From: Selaginella moellendorffii
Lineage: Eukaryota > Plantae > Lycopodiophyta
Length of the DNA stretch: 64,000 bases
NCBI RefSeq assembly: GCF_000143415.4
Contig: NW_003314296.1
Span: 1,706,966-1,770,965 of the forward strand
Direction of reading: 5' to 3'
The position numbers and the translations under genes are program-made. Of this stretch, positions 16,171 through 29,633 are shown one piece after another. The notes below the pieces were generated by a model. The model searched no databases, was not told the DNA's origin, and worked only from the letters and a program-made list of their open reading frames with translations. The first letter of the stretch is position 1, and each line of letters starts with the position of its first letter.

Positions 16171-17112
16171 GAACTTGAAGAATTGTATTTGAGAATTGCA
16201 GGTAGAAGTTATGATTATTTATATTGGAAACTGCTGAATGTTTCATGTGACGTGCATCTCAGGCCGCCTTGTTTGATTCTACAATGAAATACGACTTATT
16301 CAGGAGAATTTGTCGATGTTAAATTATATCACAAGAATTTAGCATCACTAGCTGACAGATTATAATAGTTCTTTCTCAGCTTGATTGATTTCCAAGGACA
16401 AGGAGGGAGTGTTCTTCATCCAGACGCTGTTAATACTGGTTTGCATCACAGCAGGCATTCGAGAAAGATGGCTAGAATTTCTAAAATTAAGATTATTTTT
16501 ATATTGTATATTCTTTTTTATTATTTTATATAAGGTTTCAACCAATGAAATTTTTCCTTCAGTTCACGTGAATGTACACAATGATGTTCTTTCATCCCCA
16601 TGATGCACTCTAAGCATTCAATAGCTTAAAGTTCTTCCTTCAATTAACTCTGAAATAGCTTCAGTTTAACTCCATGAGAGGAGTCTTTGACTGTTTGTCT
16701 GCTAAAGCTGCAACTTTCAGTATAAGCCCAATTGCACAGCATCTTTTTCGCAATGTTTCTTGCCATGGCAGGCAGACCAGACAAGGTGAAGCCCTAAACC
16801 ATTCCGGGCGATGGCGCGGCTCCTGGAAAAGCTGGATTTCTTCCACGATCATGCTGGCAGATTTTCTTGTAGCCCTAACAAGTTTTCTTCTTTGCATTTC
16901 ATCTGACGAGATATAAACTTTCTTCTCGACCAAACCCCAAGAAAGAGGGGTTGGCCTCTTTCGTCACTTTGTCTTTGGGTGTCGCTTGTCAGTCCTTTTC
17001 ACGAATCTTTTGGCAGCATTGATCCCGACGTCGTCATATCATATCTAATCTCTTTGATATTCGCATCGGTGTATACTACTCGGGTTTGGATAGCAAGCAA
17101 AGCAAAAAAGAT

Positions 17113-19061
17113 ATGGGGAGCGATGCCAAGGATCTCGTCAAGCACACCAAGCTCTTCATCGGACACTGTCTCAGGTTGTAATCTTTGCTTTTCTTGTGTT
17201 TTTGCGGTGAGAGTGAAATGGTTTTGTGGATCTTTTGCAGGCAAGACGGTCCCCACTTTCAATCCCCAAACAAGTTCCCATCCTGAAAATTTCACATGAT
17301 GCATGAAAATGGCATTTTGAGAGACGGCCGCAGCCGAGTCCAGGTCGGCATCCTCGCAGATTATAAACGGAGATTTGCCGCCAAGCTCTAGTGTGACTTT
17401 AAGTTGCTTCTCGCAGCACTCTCCATTATCATTCTTCCAATTTCAGTGGAACCAGTAAATGTCACCTCAGGAAAAAAAGAAGCTTTTCTTTTCAATTGCA
17501 AGATTTCCTACGCTCATATGCTTCGAAATCGCGGCTCCTGCAGTGGTACCATAACCAGGAATAACATTGAGGACTCCCGCGGGAATCCCTGCCTATATTC
17601 GTGAAGAAAAAATGACTTTTGTGTGCAAGTGTAGTGCAAGTTTTTCTCACCTCTTGAGAAAGACTGGCCAGGAGCAAAGGTGTCTGCTCGGCAACCTTGA
17701 CAACGATCGTATTTCCACAAGTTAACGCAGACCCGACTTTGTTGAGAAACATATGAGCCGGGAAGTTCCACGGAACAATCGCTCCAACCACACCAATTGG
17801 CTCCAAAAGGGTGTAGCACATCCGAGTAGAATCAGTTCGCAAGGTCTTTCCATTGAGCTTGTCAGCCCAGCCTGAGAAAAAAAAGCCACTCCACTGGTTC
17901 AGCAGTGTTTCGAAAGAACTCTTTATTGAAAATATGCTTGTAGTACCTGCATTGTATCGCAGAGAGGCAGCCGAAGCCGCAATTATCACCATGCTCAGAT
18001 CGATCAACATTCCGTTGTTGAGGGTCTCAAGAGTTGCCAGTTCGTCGAGATGTTCCTCGATCACATCCGCGAACTTGTAAAGTATCCTTCCTCTTTCCTA
18101 CCAAACGAGCATGAACAAAGACAAGAAGAAAGCAGGAAGAAGGAAAACTCACAGCAGCAGCAAGGCGTGGCCAGGGCCCGTGGTCAAATGCTTCGCGCGC
18201 GGCTCTCACGGCCAGATCCACATCCGCCGCGTCTCCCTCGGCGACTTGAGCAATACACTCCGAGTTGCTGAAATGATGACATGTTTTCAGGGACAAGTCT
18301 GTGTTGCTGCATCGCGAATCTTTGTTCACGAAAGTATTCATGACGAGTTTATCAAGAGGTCTGTCAAGCTGGCAAGTGAACGTGTAATTGGAGATCCTTT
18401 CAAATCCGGAGTCCAAAATGGTCCCCAAGTAAGAAAATATCCTCTCTTCATCTTTCGGATACTAGTCACGAGCTGTTTTATCAGATCAACCAGGAGCAGC
18501 TGGACAAAGTTAGTCGGGAAAAAAAGAAGGTGCCAGCCTTCTAGTGGGAGGCAAACGCATCGGCGAGAAAGGATTTTACATCCAGCCAACAATTTTTGGA
18601 GACGTCAAGGTTTGCTGTGTTAAAATTCTCTTACTCGTTTTTCAAAACATCCAGGACATTTGTGTAGCAATCCATGAAGATTGCCAACGAGGAAATCTTT
18701 GGTCCCGTGGTTTCAGTGCTCAAGTTCAAGTAAGAAAATTTTGTTTATGCCTTGGTTTATCTGATGGTAATAACTTCACTGAGTCAGGACTCTTGACGAA
18801 GCCGTGGAGCTTGCAAACAGCACACACTACGGTCTAGCAGCGGCGGTCTTCAGCAAGAACATTGACACAGTCAACCTTCTGACCAGGTCGATCAAATCGG
18901 GCGTTGTCTACGTGAATTCCTACCTGGGAGACGGACCAGCAGTACCGTTTGGAGGCTACAAGATGAGTGGAATTGGTCGAGAGAATGGATACAAAGGCTT
19001 GCTTCCATATCTCTAGCACAAGTCCATTCTCATGCCTATGGAAAACTCTCCTTGGAATTGA
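17113..19061 (+). pseudogene. Aldehyde dehydrogenase (ALDH2 family) pseudogene with a ~1 kb internal inversion
   Basis: Starts [16 protein letters not shown] on +; 17266-18270 lies on the minus strand (PWNFP, LGGKSP); resumes on + with [21 protein letters not shown]. Premature TAG at 19014-19016 and several deletions versus 44702-46693. Confidence 0.92.
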
Positions 19062-19436
19062 CTCTTTCGTTTTTCTTGTTTCACTTGCGCTCTTTTACAA
19101 GATGTGCTTCTTCACCCAACAATCGGTCAAGGTAAGTTACTAGTTCAGGCTTCCTTGTTTCTTTTTTCTGATTCTCAATATGTGTTTTCCAGAGACAATG
19201 CATAGCTTTGATAACAGGAATTGGTTCCATGTCGTGTATAACGATAGGAACTTTGCAAGCTCAAACCGAAAAGGCACATGGGGATCTTTTTTGTCAAGTA
19301 CAACAGGATCACTGCTTTTCACAACAAGTTCCTAAGCGTCAACAGTGACAGGAAGTAAGCCTCTTTTATTCTGGTTTACAGTGATCTCGGAACAACATCT
19401 TTTCCTTTTTTGTTTGTCTTTGCAGATTTGAAGTGT

Positions 19437-19815
19437 CTAAGATCCGGTTACGCCCAGGTTGTTGACGGTGGGGGTTGTTAAGGTGGTATGCTTTCACCTT
19501 GAGCTCAGCAAAAGTATCGGGTCGTCAGCGAGTCCGAGCGGATCAGACGCACCTCCGGGGTAGATCTTGTCCAGTCCCTCGCCGAGCGGTCCACCTCTCG
19601 ACAGCTCCCATGAGGATAACTTGGCAGGCCCAGATGGCAAGGATGCTCTGTCCGTGGACGAGGTTGGAATTTCCCAGGTAGTCGAGGCCACCTTCCTTGA
19701 AGATCTGCGAGCTGCCCTTGAACCACAAACTTGATGCTGTTCTTTTCGGGGGTGACGCAGCCGAGAGCTCTGAGCATGGCCCACGTGGATGACTCACGGT
19801 GCTTGTAGGTTTTTA
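19437..19815 (-). pseudogene. Light-harvesting chlorophyll a/b-binding (Lhcb, Lhcb2-like) 3' fragment
   Basis: [80 protein letters not shown]; frameshifted. Confidence 0.9.
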
Positions 19816-22019
19816 CCCGTAGACACTTGCCCACCATAAAATCCAGGTGAAAGTGCTCCAAGGTGACTCTCTGGCCAGGTGCCAAGAAGCGAGAGCCCAT
19901 GGCAAAGTGGTGGAGCCTCCTTGGTTGCCATTACACTGACTGAACAGACTATCCACTCATGCACAAATGGGTGAAGGTTATTGCCATTGCATGCTGCAAG
20001 CCAATCCTCAGCTATGAACCTACTTTGTCCCTCACCAAAAACCTCATTGTCTATTGTTTGAGATGTTGTCAGGACTAGAAGGTACTGTGGCCTCTCCATC
20101 TTCTCTGTGGTGTTTGGATATGACATGCTGGAAACCCTTTCATAAAGTTGTGGACTCCATGAATAACACCTCAAACAACACCTTGTAAATAGCTTCTTCT
20201 AGAGTGTAGTAGTAGCATGTCCCCAACTCAACTACCTTTGAGAATATTTTTATACACACATCAAGTGCTACTCTCCTTTCTAATGCTCGACATCACTCCC
20301 ATTACATAGAGTCATGTGCTGGAACTGGGGGAGGGTGGGGTGTTGGAATTGGTGGTGGTGCATTCGGGAATGCCTAGACCATCATCAATTCTGGCTCTTG
20401 GGTGTACAATACAACATAGTTGTTCATGTGAAAGTTGCGATCATGGCAATAAAATGACCATGTATCATAATTCCCATCGCAATATAAATCTATTTCTAGC
20501 AAAAGAATATGATGAGATGCAAATAAAGAGAACAAAACCAACAAAATACTTGTGTCACCACATATAACTTTGATAAGTCTCCTGGCCATATCAAACATTT
20601 CTTGGTCCTATGTTTAATTCACACCTTATGGGAATCAGTTTGTAGGTTTGGTTTCATATCAATACCTAGTGCCTATGTTATAAAAACAATTGTTACTATA
20701 TTTTGATTGCCCCCAAAATGTGTGTATTGGTATAGCATTCAGTATGGGGTTCTGCCACATCAGTATGACGTGTGAGATTGCTATATCACCTCAACTTGCC
20801 ACACAGGTACATGTGATGTCATATGAAATATAGCAATGTTTTTTTTGTCTTTCGTACTACACTAATTTCCTGTTTGGCCAAGAGCAATAGCTTTCCCACA
20901 TTGAGCGCAACATAGGCCCTTCAAAAGCAAGTTTCAAGAAGCAGTGGGCACAACAAGCATATATTAATTAGGATTTGCATGTAGGCAATTCTTGATCTTT
21001 TGTATGTCGCAACATAGGTGCTTAAAGAGCACACATTGATTAAAGTTTGGGTGAGAGCTTTTTGCATGTAAATGGCTGTGATTCTCATTCCTTTGTGTGT
21101 TAGGTGCATTGTGCTGTCCTTATGTAATGTGGGTGTGGACTTGTGGTTAGCGTTGCACTAGATTGTGGGTTAGAGATTTTATTTATTTGCTCAATTCCAT
21201 TGAGGTAAACTTTCTTTTATTTAGCTTTTTTTTATTGGCATAAGCTTTATGCTTATTCTAGTGAATGCAATCACAAAGCATTGGAACACTACACTTACAT
21301 GCAATTAAATGTTTGCAATGATTCTTTATAAATTTTTCAATTCTCTCTATAGTAGTTATGTAAGTGTTTGCAGAACGTGGAAGGGGGCATACAAATGATG
21401 CCCTTTACTTTTGTAAATTGCTTGACCCATATGTGTATATGACTACACTCACGTGAACACACTTTTGCACTAATCCCTTGCTATTAAACTTTGAAATGTA
21501 TAATAAATGATATGAACTTGTGTCTTATGAAGAGCATGAATGAAGATTGGGGGATAACAATGTTTGGAAATCAACCATGTATGGTTGAGTTCATGTGCAG
21601 GGATATTGGTAAGTGCATGGCATTATAAAATTTTATTCATTAATGCACTTGGTTTTTTTTTCCAGGAGAAACATTCATGCTCTGATGGGGTGAATGTCAC
21701 AAATTTTCAAGTTCAAAATGAACTCCTTACTTATGTGCACATGGCCTCAACATTAAGGACTATGTTATATTCTATTCTCTAGGCCCATGAAGCATGCATG
21801 TTTAGGGTTTTCAATAGAGTCTTGTTTCTATAAATTGTGAAAAAATCAATTCCACTACAAATCATGAAGGATTCTATTGCAATGAAATGCCAGAGGAAGT
21901 TACACCAACATTTTAAAAACACACATTGGCTAGAGTTTTCGTTACTATAGATAGTGCAACAATTACATTTGAAGCATAAGGATTTAATTTAATATAATTG
22001 AAATTCATTTGCTTAACTT

Positions 22020-22330
22020 TTGTGAACTTTTGTAGTGGGGTAGTGGAGTCTAGAGCAAAATTTTATATTTCACGACACGAGGAATCTTGTGAGATGCTAG
22101 AGGATCTAGAACTCCCTCCATGTGAGGAGGTGGAGGAGATGCCTCTATGCAAGGACCTATAACACAAAAAGATGGAAGAGGAAATGTAATGTGATAAATT
22201 GGAGGAAGTGCCTTCACATAAAGAGGTACAATATAAGGAAATAGAGGATGTGATTCCACGTGAGGTAGTATAATATAATGTTATAAAAGATGTGCTAAAA
22301 GGGGGATGAAAGAAGTGCTTGTGTGGTGGT
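22020..22330 (-). repeat. Degenerate proline-rich repeat segment (copies at 37870-38258 + and 41520-41742 +)
   Basis: Recurring HV(E/K)A..PP / YV(T/A)PP units followed by the shared PLASCKTP..KY.IVLQT segment in all three copies. Confidence 0.55.
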
Positions 22331-23499
22331 GAAGCCTACTCTAATGGTGGAGCCTCCACCTCCACTTGCATCATGTTGTGTGGAGTGTCCATTATAACCT
22401 CAACTATCTAAGAGCTTAGAACCTCCACCTTTCATTACTCCTCTTTCACCATTTTGCATAAAGATTCTTTTTCCATCTCCTTACATTGCACCTCTTGGTG
22501 CTCAAGGATTCTTGCAATGACATATAAATTATATAGGTAGAGGTTGCACATAATGCTTCTTGCAAGCATGAGGCTTTATATTGCCACTAAGAGTGTTAAA
22601 AATGAACTTTATGAAAAGGGTGTTTGAGTTTTAATGTATTTTGATATAGAGGAGAAGTAATTTTCCCCACTCATTTAAGTTGGGTGTTTCCTATAAAGTG
22701 TGTTTTTCATTATCTTTCAAAGTTGTTTCTTTGATGATTTGCAAACTAGATCATGCATTAAGGAGGAGTTGATCTTCCCCAAGGCAGGGAGAATGTTGCA
22801 AATGTGATTTTGGGTATTGAAAAATATTTGTTAACTAGTCTTTATGAACACTCTCTCTTTATTATTATGATAGTAGAAAGTTAGTACTGTTAGTTCCCTT
22901 TATGGTCTCCACCTAAGTTAGTTAAGAAATTGGTTATTCCATATGTACTTGATTAAATGAGCATAAGGACTAAATTCCTAAATATTATTAGTTAATCATA
23001 CTTGACTTGGTTAAAGAAACTTATTCATTGGCTTGCACTTGTTAGTGTAAGGAACCCCCATGATATTGAGTATAATCCCTCAATATTGTTACATAATAGT
23101 TTACTATATTTGCCAAACACTCTCGTTATCATACTTTATATGTTGGCTCCATTCTTGATCCATATGCTATTTGTAGAAAGTGTCTAGAAGGCATATTTAT
23201 GGAATGTAAAAAATGTTTTGAACCCTATGATGTTGTTACCACCCAATTTGCCATCTAGTGCCATTCTATATTTAATAGGTTTCAAGTTTGTCTTAGTGGT
23301 TAACTTTTGAGACTAAGATGAAAGCCCAAAGCATGTGTTTCTTAGGGGAGGGGGAGAGCTATAGGGAGTTCTAAATGTATGGATAATAGTTCAATTGAAT
23401 GGTTAACTACTTAAAATATTAGTTTGGCTTTTGCTAGGCTATATCACTCTTTGTTTTGCATCCAAATTAGGTCTAAGCCTAAACTTATTGCTCTAGTTG

Positions 23500-24870
23500 G
23501 TGTCTTCCTTGCGTTAGACCACTAGTATGCTAAAATTATACCAAATACCATTTAACACCATTTTGTATATAAGAGTTAGATATAGGGAGTTGGTGCTTGT
23601 AGGGGATATTGAGTGTATATTACACCTTTGTTTCATAATGCCCTTAGAGTTTAACTTCAAATTCAAATGTGCTATAGAAGTGATAGAGTATAAAGAACAC
23701 TTTTGAGAAACCAAAAGAGAATTTACAAATCCCTTTAACAAGATGCTTAGAATATCACCAAGAAAAGGACAAATCATAACTAAAATAACTTGATAATCAT
23801 GAAATTTAGAGTGCTCAACCATATGTTATGTGGCACTAGAGTCAATAATAATAGTAAAAAGAAGAATAAATAGTTAGCAAAGCACTATTAGTATAAGTAT
23901 GATCATGTTGAAAATCTTCTGTTAAAAAAAAGTAGGAGAGGATGAGTCATTGTCAATAGTATATATTTGTTGTTGTTGTCCATTAGTACTGGTACCAATA
24001 TAAGCTTAAGGAAGTTGTTATAGACAAAGAATAACATGAGAAACTAAATGAGTATAATTTAGATGCTGGCAACAAAATTAGGAAATACATCTAGAATGAT
24101 GACAAAACCCAAAAGGTTGACAATAAAACTGGCTATATAATTAAATTGACCACAATTATAACAAACACTATTGGAATGACCATAAGAACAAAATGAATCT
24201 TATGGAAAATAAAACCATTTATTTGAAACATAAGCACCAATAGATGGTGACCAAGAGTAAAGTGCTAGAGTAGGAGTGTTGGAGGAAGTATATTAAGAAA
24301 AGCAACAATTTTAGTCACGAACTGCAACCTCAAAAATACACTAATCATTCATCATATAATGTTGAATATTCTAAAGGAAAAGTAAAGTAAGAAATCCTCT
24401 AGGGTGCTCAAAAGATCCTTAAAACATTAAATATGCTAGCCAAATGGTTTCGCTTTTGTGGCAACATTTGGTTTTCTATACATAGTACCCTAAATGCAGC
24501 TAAATTAGAGAAAGACTTTGGTTGTGAAGGAAGTGTTTCCTCTATGTTAATCAATAGAAAATATAATGTACATATGTTCTCATGTACCACCTAAGGTTAA
24601 TTTTGCCACATAAAGTATCTAGAAGAAAATTTATTGAGAAATTTTGTTAATTAATAATGTTTTACATTTGATTTTCAAACTAAAGACAAGCTAAAAGACT
24701 TTGCTCTATTCATGAGAGGGGATTAAGAAGTTGTCTAGGAATTAATTTCTACATCAACTATACAAATTGTGAAAGATTTTTTGTTACCATTGCTAAGTCT
24801 TTTTATTCTTCTTTGTGATAATTCAGTAAATTTCCACTTGATTATCATTTACTTTCTTGGTGCTATCTCT
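23500..24870 (-). mobile_element. Decayed Ty1/copia gag-protease remnant
   Basis: Minus strand encodes a zinc-knuckle-like CYNCGQF and protease-like IIIDSSAT.HM; AT-rich, many stops; homologous to 28000-29290, 35150-36320 and 51500-52700. Confidence 0.7.
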
Positions 24871-25257
24871 CTTGTTTAAGTTCTACACACTCCATCGAAA
24901 AGATGGAGTAGTTGAGAGGCATGACCAATTGCTCTGGCTACCACCAATGGATAAGCCTATGCAGATGTGGGGCTTGGCCGAGGCATATAGCTTGTTGGCT
25001 CCCCATCACTTGCTGAGTTGCTGATCACTCTCCATGCACTAGCTTGCTGGTGGCGAGCTAGATGTTGATGCCAGTTGTTGTGGAGAGGACACTGGCGAGG
25101 GAAGAACGCAGAGACCATCTGTAGAATGGATCAAACTCGTTGACAAAGCTGTACACTTCGGGGCATGCAAAACCCTCCTTGCTGTTGCAAGCAGAAGCAG
25201 TGGGAAGACCATATTTGACAAGGAGGAGGATTCTTGCTTGTGAGAGTGGTGAAGCTG

Positions 25258-26495
25258 AGAATGTCTGGATCAACCGAGTTGGGACCGCCATGGAAGGAGC
25301 AGGTTTTCGGTTTCTCAGGATCTCTGCCAGACACAAAGCTAAGAAACAGAAAGGAAGAAAGGAAGAAATGACACTTTTACCTTGTAGATTTGATATATGA
25401 AAAGATGGCTTGTCCAACTCTTTCATCAACATGAACTGAAGAAAGAATCTCATTTCCAGGATCTTCAGTGGAGTTGCAAACGATAATCCCAGCTCCATCA
25501 GCTTGAGAAACTTCGCGTAATGGAACATGTGGCCGTCTCAAGCATGCCACAATCTTTCCCCGGACTTCCTTGGGATCCAAAGACCCGCTCATACACTGCC
25601 TGCATCATTAATAATTTCAAATGAACTCAAATCAAAGATGAGTTATTTTACCTGGCTGGAAAGTTGGAAGTTTGTAAGGCAACATCGGCACCCGCAGCAA
25701 GATGATACCACCGTTTTGACAATCTTTGCCTCGTAAAACTAGAACCCTGAATCAAAAAAAAGTGAGATGTATAATAGACTATACGCTCTGTACTTACTCA
25801 AAACGATTCATTGTTGCCAAGGAAAAGATCTGCAAAGTAGGCTCAATCAAGAGTGCTCGCTCCAACAGTAATGATCCAGGGGACTACATTTCCCACCGAA
25901 CCCGGCCCTTCATTTCCAGCGGAAGCCACCACCACAATGCCTTTCTGCATGGCATGGAACGCTCCAATGGACGTAGAATCAAGGAAGTAATCACCCGCTG
26001 ACCCACCTAAAGATGCAGAAATGATATCCACGCCATCGTGGATTCCCATATCAAATGCGCTGAGAATGTGACCGTACGGTGCTGGCCGTGACGTTTCTCC
26101 AGCATATCTTGTAGATTGCGAGACATGAGTCTGGAGCTCCACCTTTTGCAGTGCCTTTTGCGTAGCCAAACCAGTTTGCGTTTCTCACAAATAGGCCTCC
26201 GGCAGTGGAAGCCACGTGAGTCAACATCTCTTGGAGAAAGAACTTCTTGGTTTGCTTTTGCATAAGCCTCGGGACCAGGCCACGAGAGAAGAATCTGGCA
26301 CCTATAAGTTTCATGAAAGACCAAAAGTTGAACAAATTTAGATTAACGAGAGTCTTGCTTTTACTTGTTGCAGTGAGAAGAGTGGAATTGCTCCCCAGTT
26401 TCGCAAGTTCCTTTCCATCTTTCGGAAAACCTTTCTGACTCTGGCCATACTCCTGGAGAAGACCAGTAAAAAGAAGAAAATGATGGAAAAAGGAC
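25258..26495 (-). pseudogene. Subtilisin pseudogene, copy E (exons 5-8 only, C-type)
   Basis: [50 protein letters not shown]; HGTH motif partly deleted; frameshifts. Confidence 0.88.
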
Positions 26496-26585
26496 CTCTC
26501 CTCCATGCGATCAAAAACGTTCTTTGCCTTCTCCATCTCCCCATTCTGTGCATACCCCGAAAGCATCGCATTCGAGGACACCAAG
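26496..26585 (-). other. Single PPR-motif fragment inserted at a deletion junction
   Basis: Encodes LVSSNAMLSGYAQNGEMEKAKNVFDRMEER and is absent from sister copy C. Confidence 0.8.
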
Positions 26586-26779
26586 ATGTGATCATTCATA
26601 TTGGAGGAGGCGCTGTCCGTGTGTTTTTATTTTGGAATAGGGTACATTGAGGAAATTTAAGAAGCAAGAAACATTCATACAACGAATTTTCGCTCCAGTG
26701 AAGCTGCAACATTGAGCTACGAACATTGTAAACTTGACGATTTTCTTCTTTTACCTTGTTGGCCTCGCCAGTTTTGACC

Positions 26780-27870
26780 ACAAACTCTTTTATGAGCTAA
26801 GCCAATCTTCACCTCTTGAATGCGTTGCTGAAGGAGCCTCAGCCCCGTCTGTCCATTCGTGTACACCTTCCTCATCTCAGCATACGCATTCCGAGTATCA
26901 GAAGGAAGCCTTTGCTTTGCACTGAAGCCGCTCCTAACATTCCCATCGAAGTAGCTGCTAGCAAAGCTTCGCGCCTGGGACCTGTGAACGTCTCTTGGGG
27001 ACCCCAGAGAAACGCCTCCACCTCGGGATGACCCGGAAGCGTTGCCAGAGGTTGACACCACCTGTGTGGATCCGGCTTCTGCACGTTCGAGAGCTCCTTG
27101 ATCCTCTCCTGGGCTATGTCGCAAAGAGCACACTTCCCTTTGATCGATACCAGATGCCTCCATCCCGGAAAACTTTCGCCTCAAAGTCCTTGAGCTTCTG
27201 GCTCTTGAGATTGAGTATGAAGCTCTGGCGTCGTCCAGCCATAAAAACACGTTCAAGTTGCTTGCGAGCTCTGCCACCTTCAGGTCTCTGGTTGTGACCA
27301 CCCTGCAAAGCTTCGGATAGAGGTACGTATTGTTCTTCCAACGGACGTGTTGAGCAGCGTCTTGCTTCCAGAGGTTGATGAGCAGCTTGCAAAGATCTCC
27401 CATTCCAGCTTTCTACTCGACGAAGGATGGAATTTGGTCGTGCAGCCTCAGAGCGAAGAGCATCTCAGCTATCGAGATTACACGAACTGGTCTAGCTCCG
27501 GAGAAGCTTCAAAACGAGATCTCTCGGGGCATCCCATCCCAGAAACTTGGGGGCTTAGCAACCACCTTTGCAACCTTAACAGACTTGATCCCTTCAAGAG
27601 ATATGTGATTGTGGGAGCTTCTTTCCTGTCCCAGCACCCCGATCAGCCGATAAACTTAGTTGGAATCACCTGCGTCAAGGCAAAGCTTGATCAAGTGGCA
27701 AAAGTTCCCATTCTTCCTGTAGTGATCGTAGGGTGTTTTGGCAGAAATGCAAGAGCATTGAGCTTGTTTTGCTGGGCAGAACTTGAAGGAGCTCTGGACA
27801 TGGTGTAGTGGAGGGAGCTTTGGACTTCTCAACTTACCTCATATATTTAGTTAAGTACTAGATTGCAAAT
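26780..27870 (-). pseudogene. 2OG-Fe(II) oxygenase gene C-terminal remnant, copy 4
   Basis: Reverse complement of 8170-9150 / 3470-3930 (LLINLWKQDAAQ..YPKLC, WCQPLATLPGHPEVEAFLWGPQ); 27731-27870 lies in the opposite orientation. Confidence 0.65.
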
Positions 27871-27879
27871 AGGGGGTTA

Positions 27880-29290
27880 TTGTGGGGGGTTCTAAATGTA
27901 TAGTATGAATAGTAATTGAATTGCATAATTAATCATTTAAAACATTAATTTGGCTTTCATTAGACTATATTGTTCTTTGTTTTGCATTTGGCTTAGGTTT
28001 AAATTCAAACTTTATGCTCCTTTAGTCAATGGGGTACTTTCTTCCTTCATGTTAGACTATTAGTATGTTGAAATTGTGCCAAACACTATTTAACATTGTT
28101 TTGCATATAATAGTTAGTGTTCATAAGGGATATTAAATGTGTATTGGCCCCTCATTTCATATCACAATGACCTTGGAGTTTGGCTCCAAATTCAAGTGTA
28201 TTATAAAAGTAATAAAATATAAAGAACATATTTGAGAAACCAAAGGAGAATTTGCAAACCCCTTCAACAAAATTCTTAAAATTATCACTAAGAAAACAAA
28301 ATCATAACCAAAATAACTTGATAATCCTGAAATTTATAGTGCTCAACCATATGTTATGTGGCACTAGAGTCAATAATAATAGTACAAAAAAGAACAAATA
28401 TTTAGTAAAGCACCATTAGTATAAGCATGATTATGTTGAAAATCCTTTCTTTGAAATAAAATAGGAGAGGATGAGTCATTGTCAATAGTATATATTTGAT
28501 GTTGTTGTTCATTAGGACTAGTAGTAATATAAACTTAAAGAAATTTTTATAAACAAAGAATAACATGAGAAACTAAAGGATGCTAACAACAAAATTGGGA
28601 AATACATCTAGAATGATGACAAAACCCACAAGGTTGATAATAAAATTGGCTATATGACCAAATTGACCACAATAATAGCAACCACTATTGGAATGACTAT
28701 AAGAACAAGATGAATCTTGTGGAAATAAAACCACACTTATTTGAAACATGAGCACCAATAGATGGTGACTGAGAGTAAAGTGCTAAAGTAGGAGTGTTGA
28801 AGGAAGTATACTAAAAAAACGTGTACTTTTAAGGTTGTAGTTTGTGACTAGAATTGTCTAATCATTCATCATACAATGGTAGAATATTCTGAAGGAAAAG
28901 TGTCCAAAAATTAAAATAAGTAACCCTCTAGGGTATAAGGAATGCTCATTTGCTCAAAAAGATCCTTAAAACATCAAATATGCTAGCCAAATGGTTTTGC
29001 TTTTGTGGCAACATTTGGTCTTCTATAAATGATACTCTCAATACAGCTAAATTAAAAAAAGATTTTGGTTGTGAAGGAAGTGTCTCCTCTATGTTAGTTA
29101 ATAGAAAATATAATGCATAAAAGGTTAATTTTGCAATATAAGCAAAATATCTAGAAGAAAGTTTATTGAGAAATATTGTTAAATAGTAATGTTTTACATT
29201 TGATTTTTAAGCCAAGACAAGCTAAAAGACTTTGCTCTATTCATGTAGAGGGGATTGAGAAGTTGTCTAAGAATCTTAATTTCTAAAATT
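27880..29290 (-). mobile_element. Decayed Ty1/copia gag-protease remnant
   Basis: CYYCGQFGHIA zinc knuckle (ORF 28573-28758) and IIIDSSAT.HM protease motif. Confidence 0.72.
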
Positions 29291-29476
29291 TGTTACCTAA
29301 ATTTCCATTTGATTAAGAGGCTTCCAGAATCCACCCGTATCACAGTCCCACAATGAATACCTTTGTATGGTCCAATATATACAATTTCAAATTTAAGGGT
29401 AAGAATATATTTTACTTAAGGGTATATTATATTTTTAAGTAGCCACTAATCAATGGGAATCGAACCCATGCCATTT

Positions 29477-29633
29477 GCTCTGATACTAGATGTAGCAAAT
29501 CTTATCTCTCCCCTTAAGCCAAGGGGAAAAAGTTTAATTGTTTGATGAGAGAACTTTTAATGGTTATTTTATTCCCATTTATCACCACAGTGACAGTATA
29601 TTTAAATTTCATCCCATGATCACATATGTTACA
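29477..29633 (-). mobile_element. Short LTR (29491-29633, TGTA...TACA, 143 bp) followed by an initiator-Met-tRNA-type primer binding site (29477-29488)
   Basis: Minus strand reads tgtaac…gctaca tc tagtatcagagc, one mismatch from the canonical TGGTATCAGAGC. The segment is missing from the sister copy at ~35100-35200. Confidence 0.7.

Noticed and set aside
22775-22810. Polypurine tract plus TG as an LTR boundary
   Set aside because: The motif is degenerate in both copies, and no matching LTR end or TSD could be located.
29450-29470. tRNA gene suggested by ggttcgattccc
   Set aside because: No cloverleaf, D-arm or acceptor stem evident; it sits next to a retroelement PBS.
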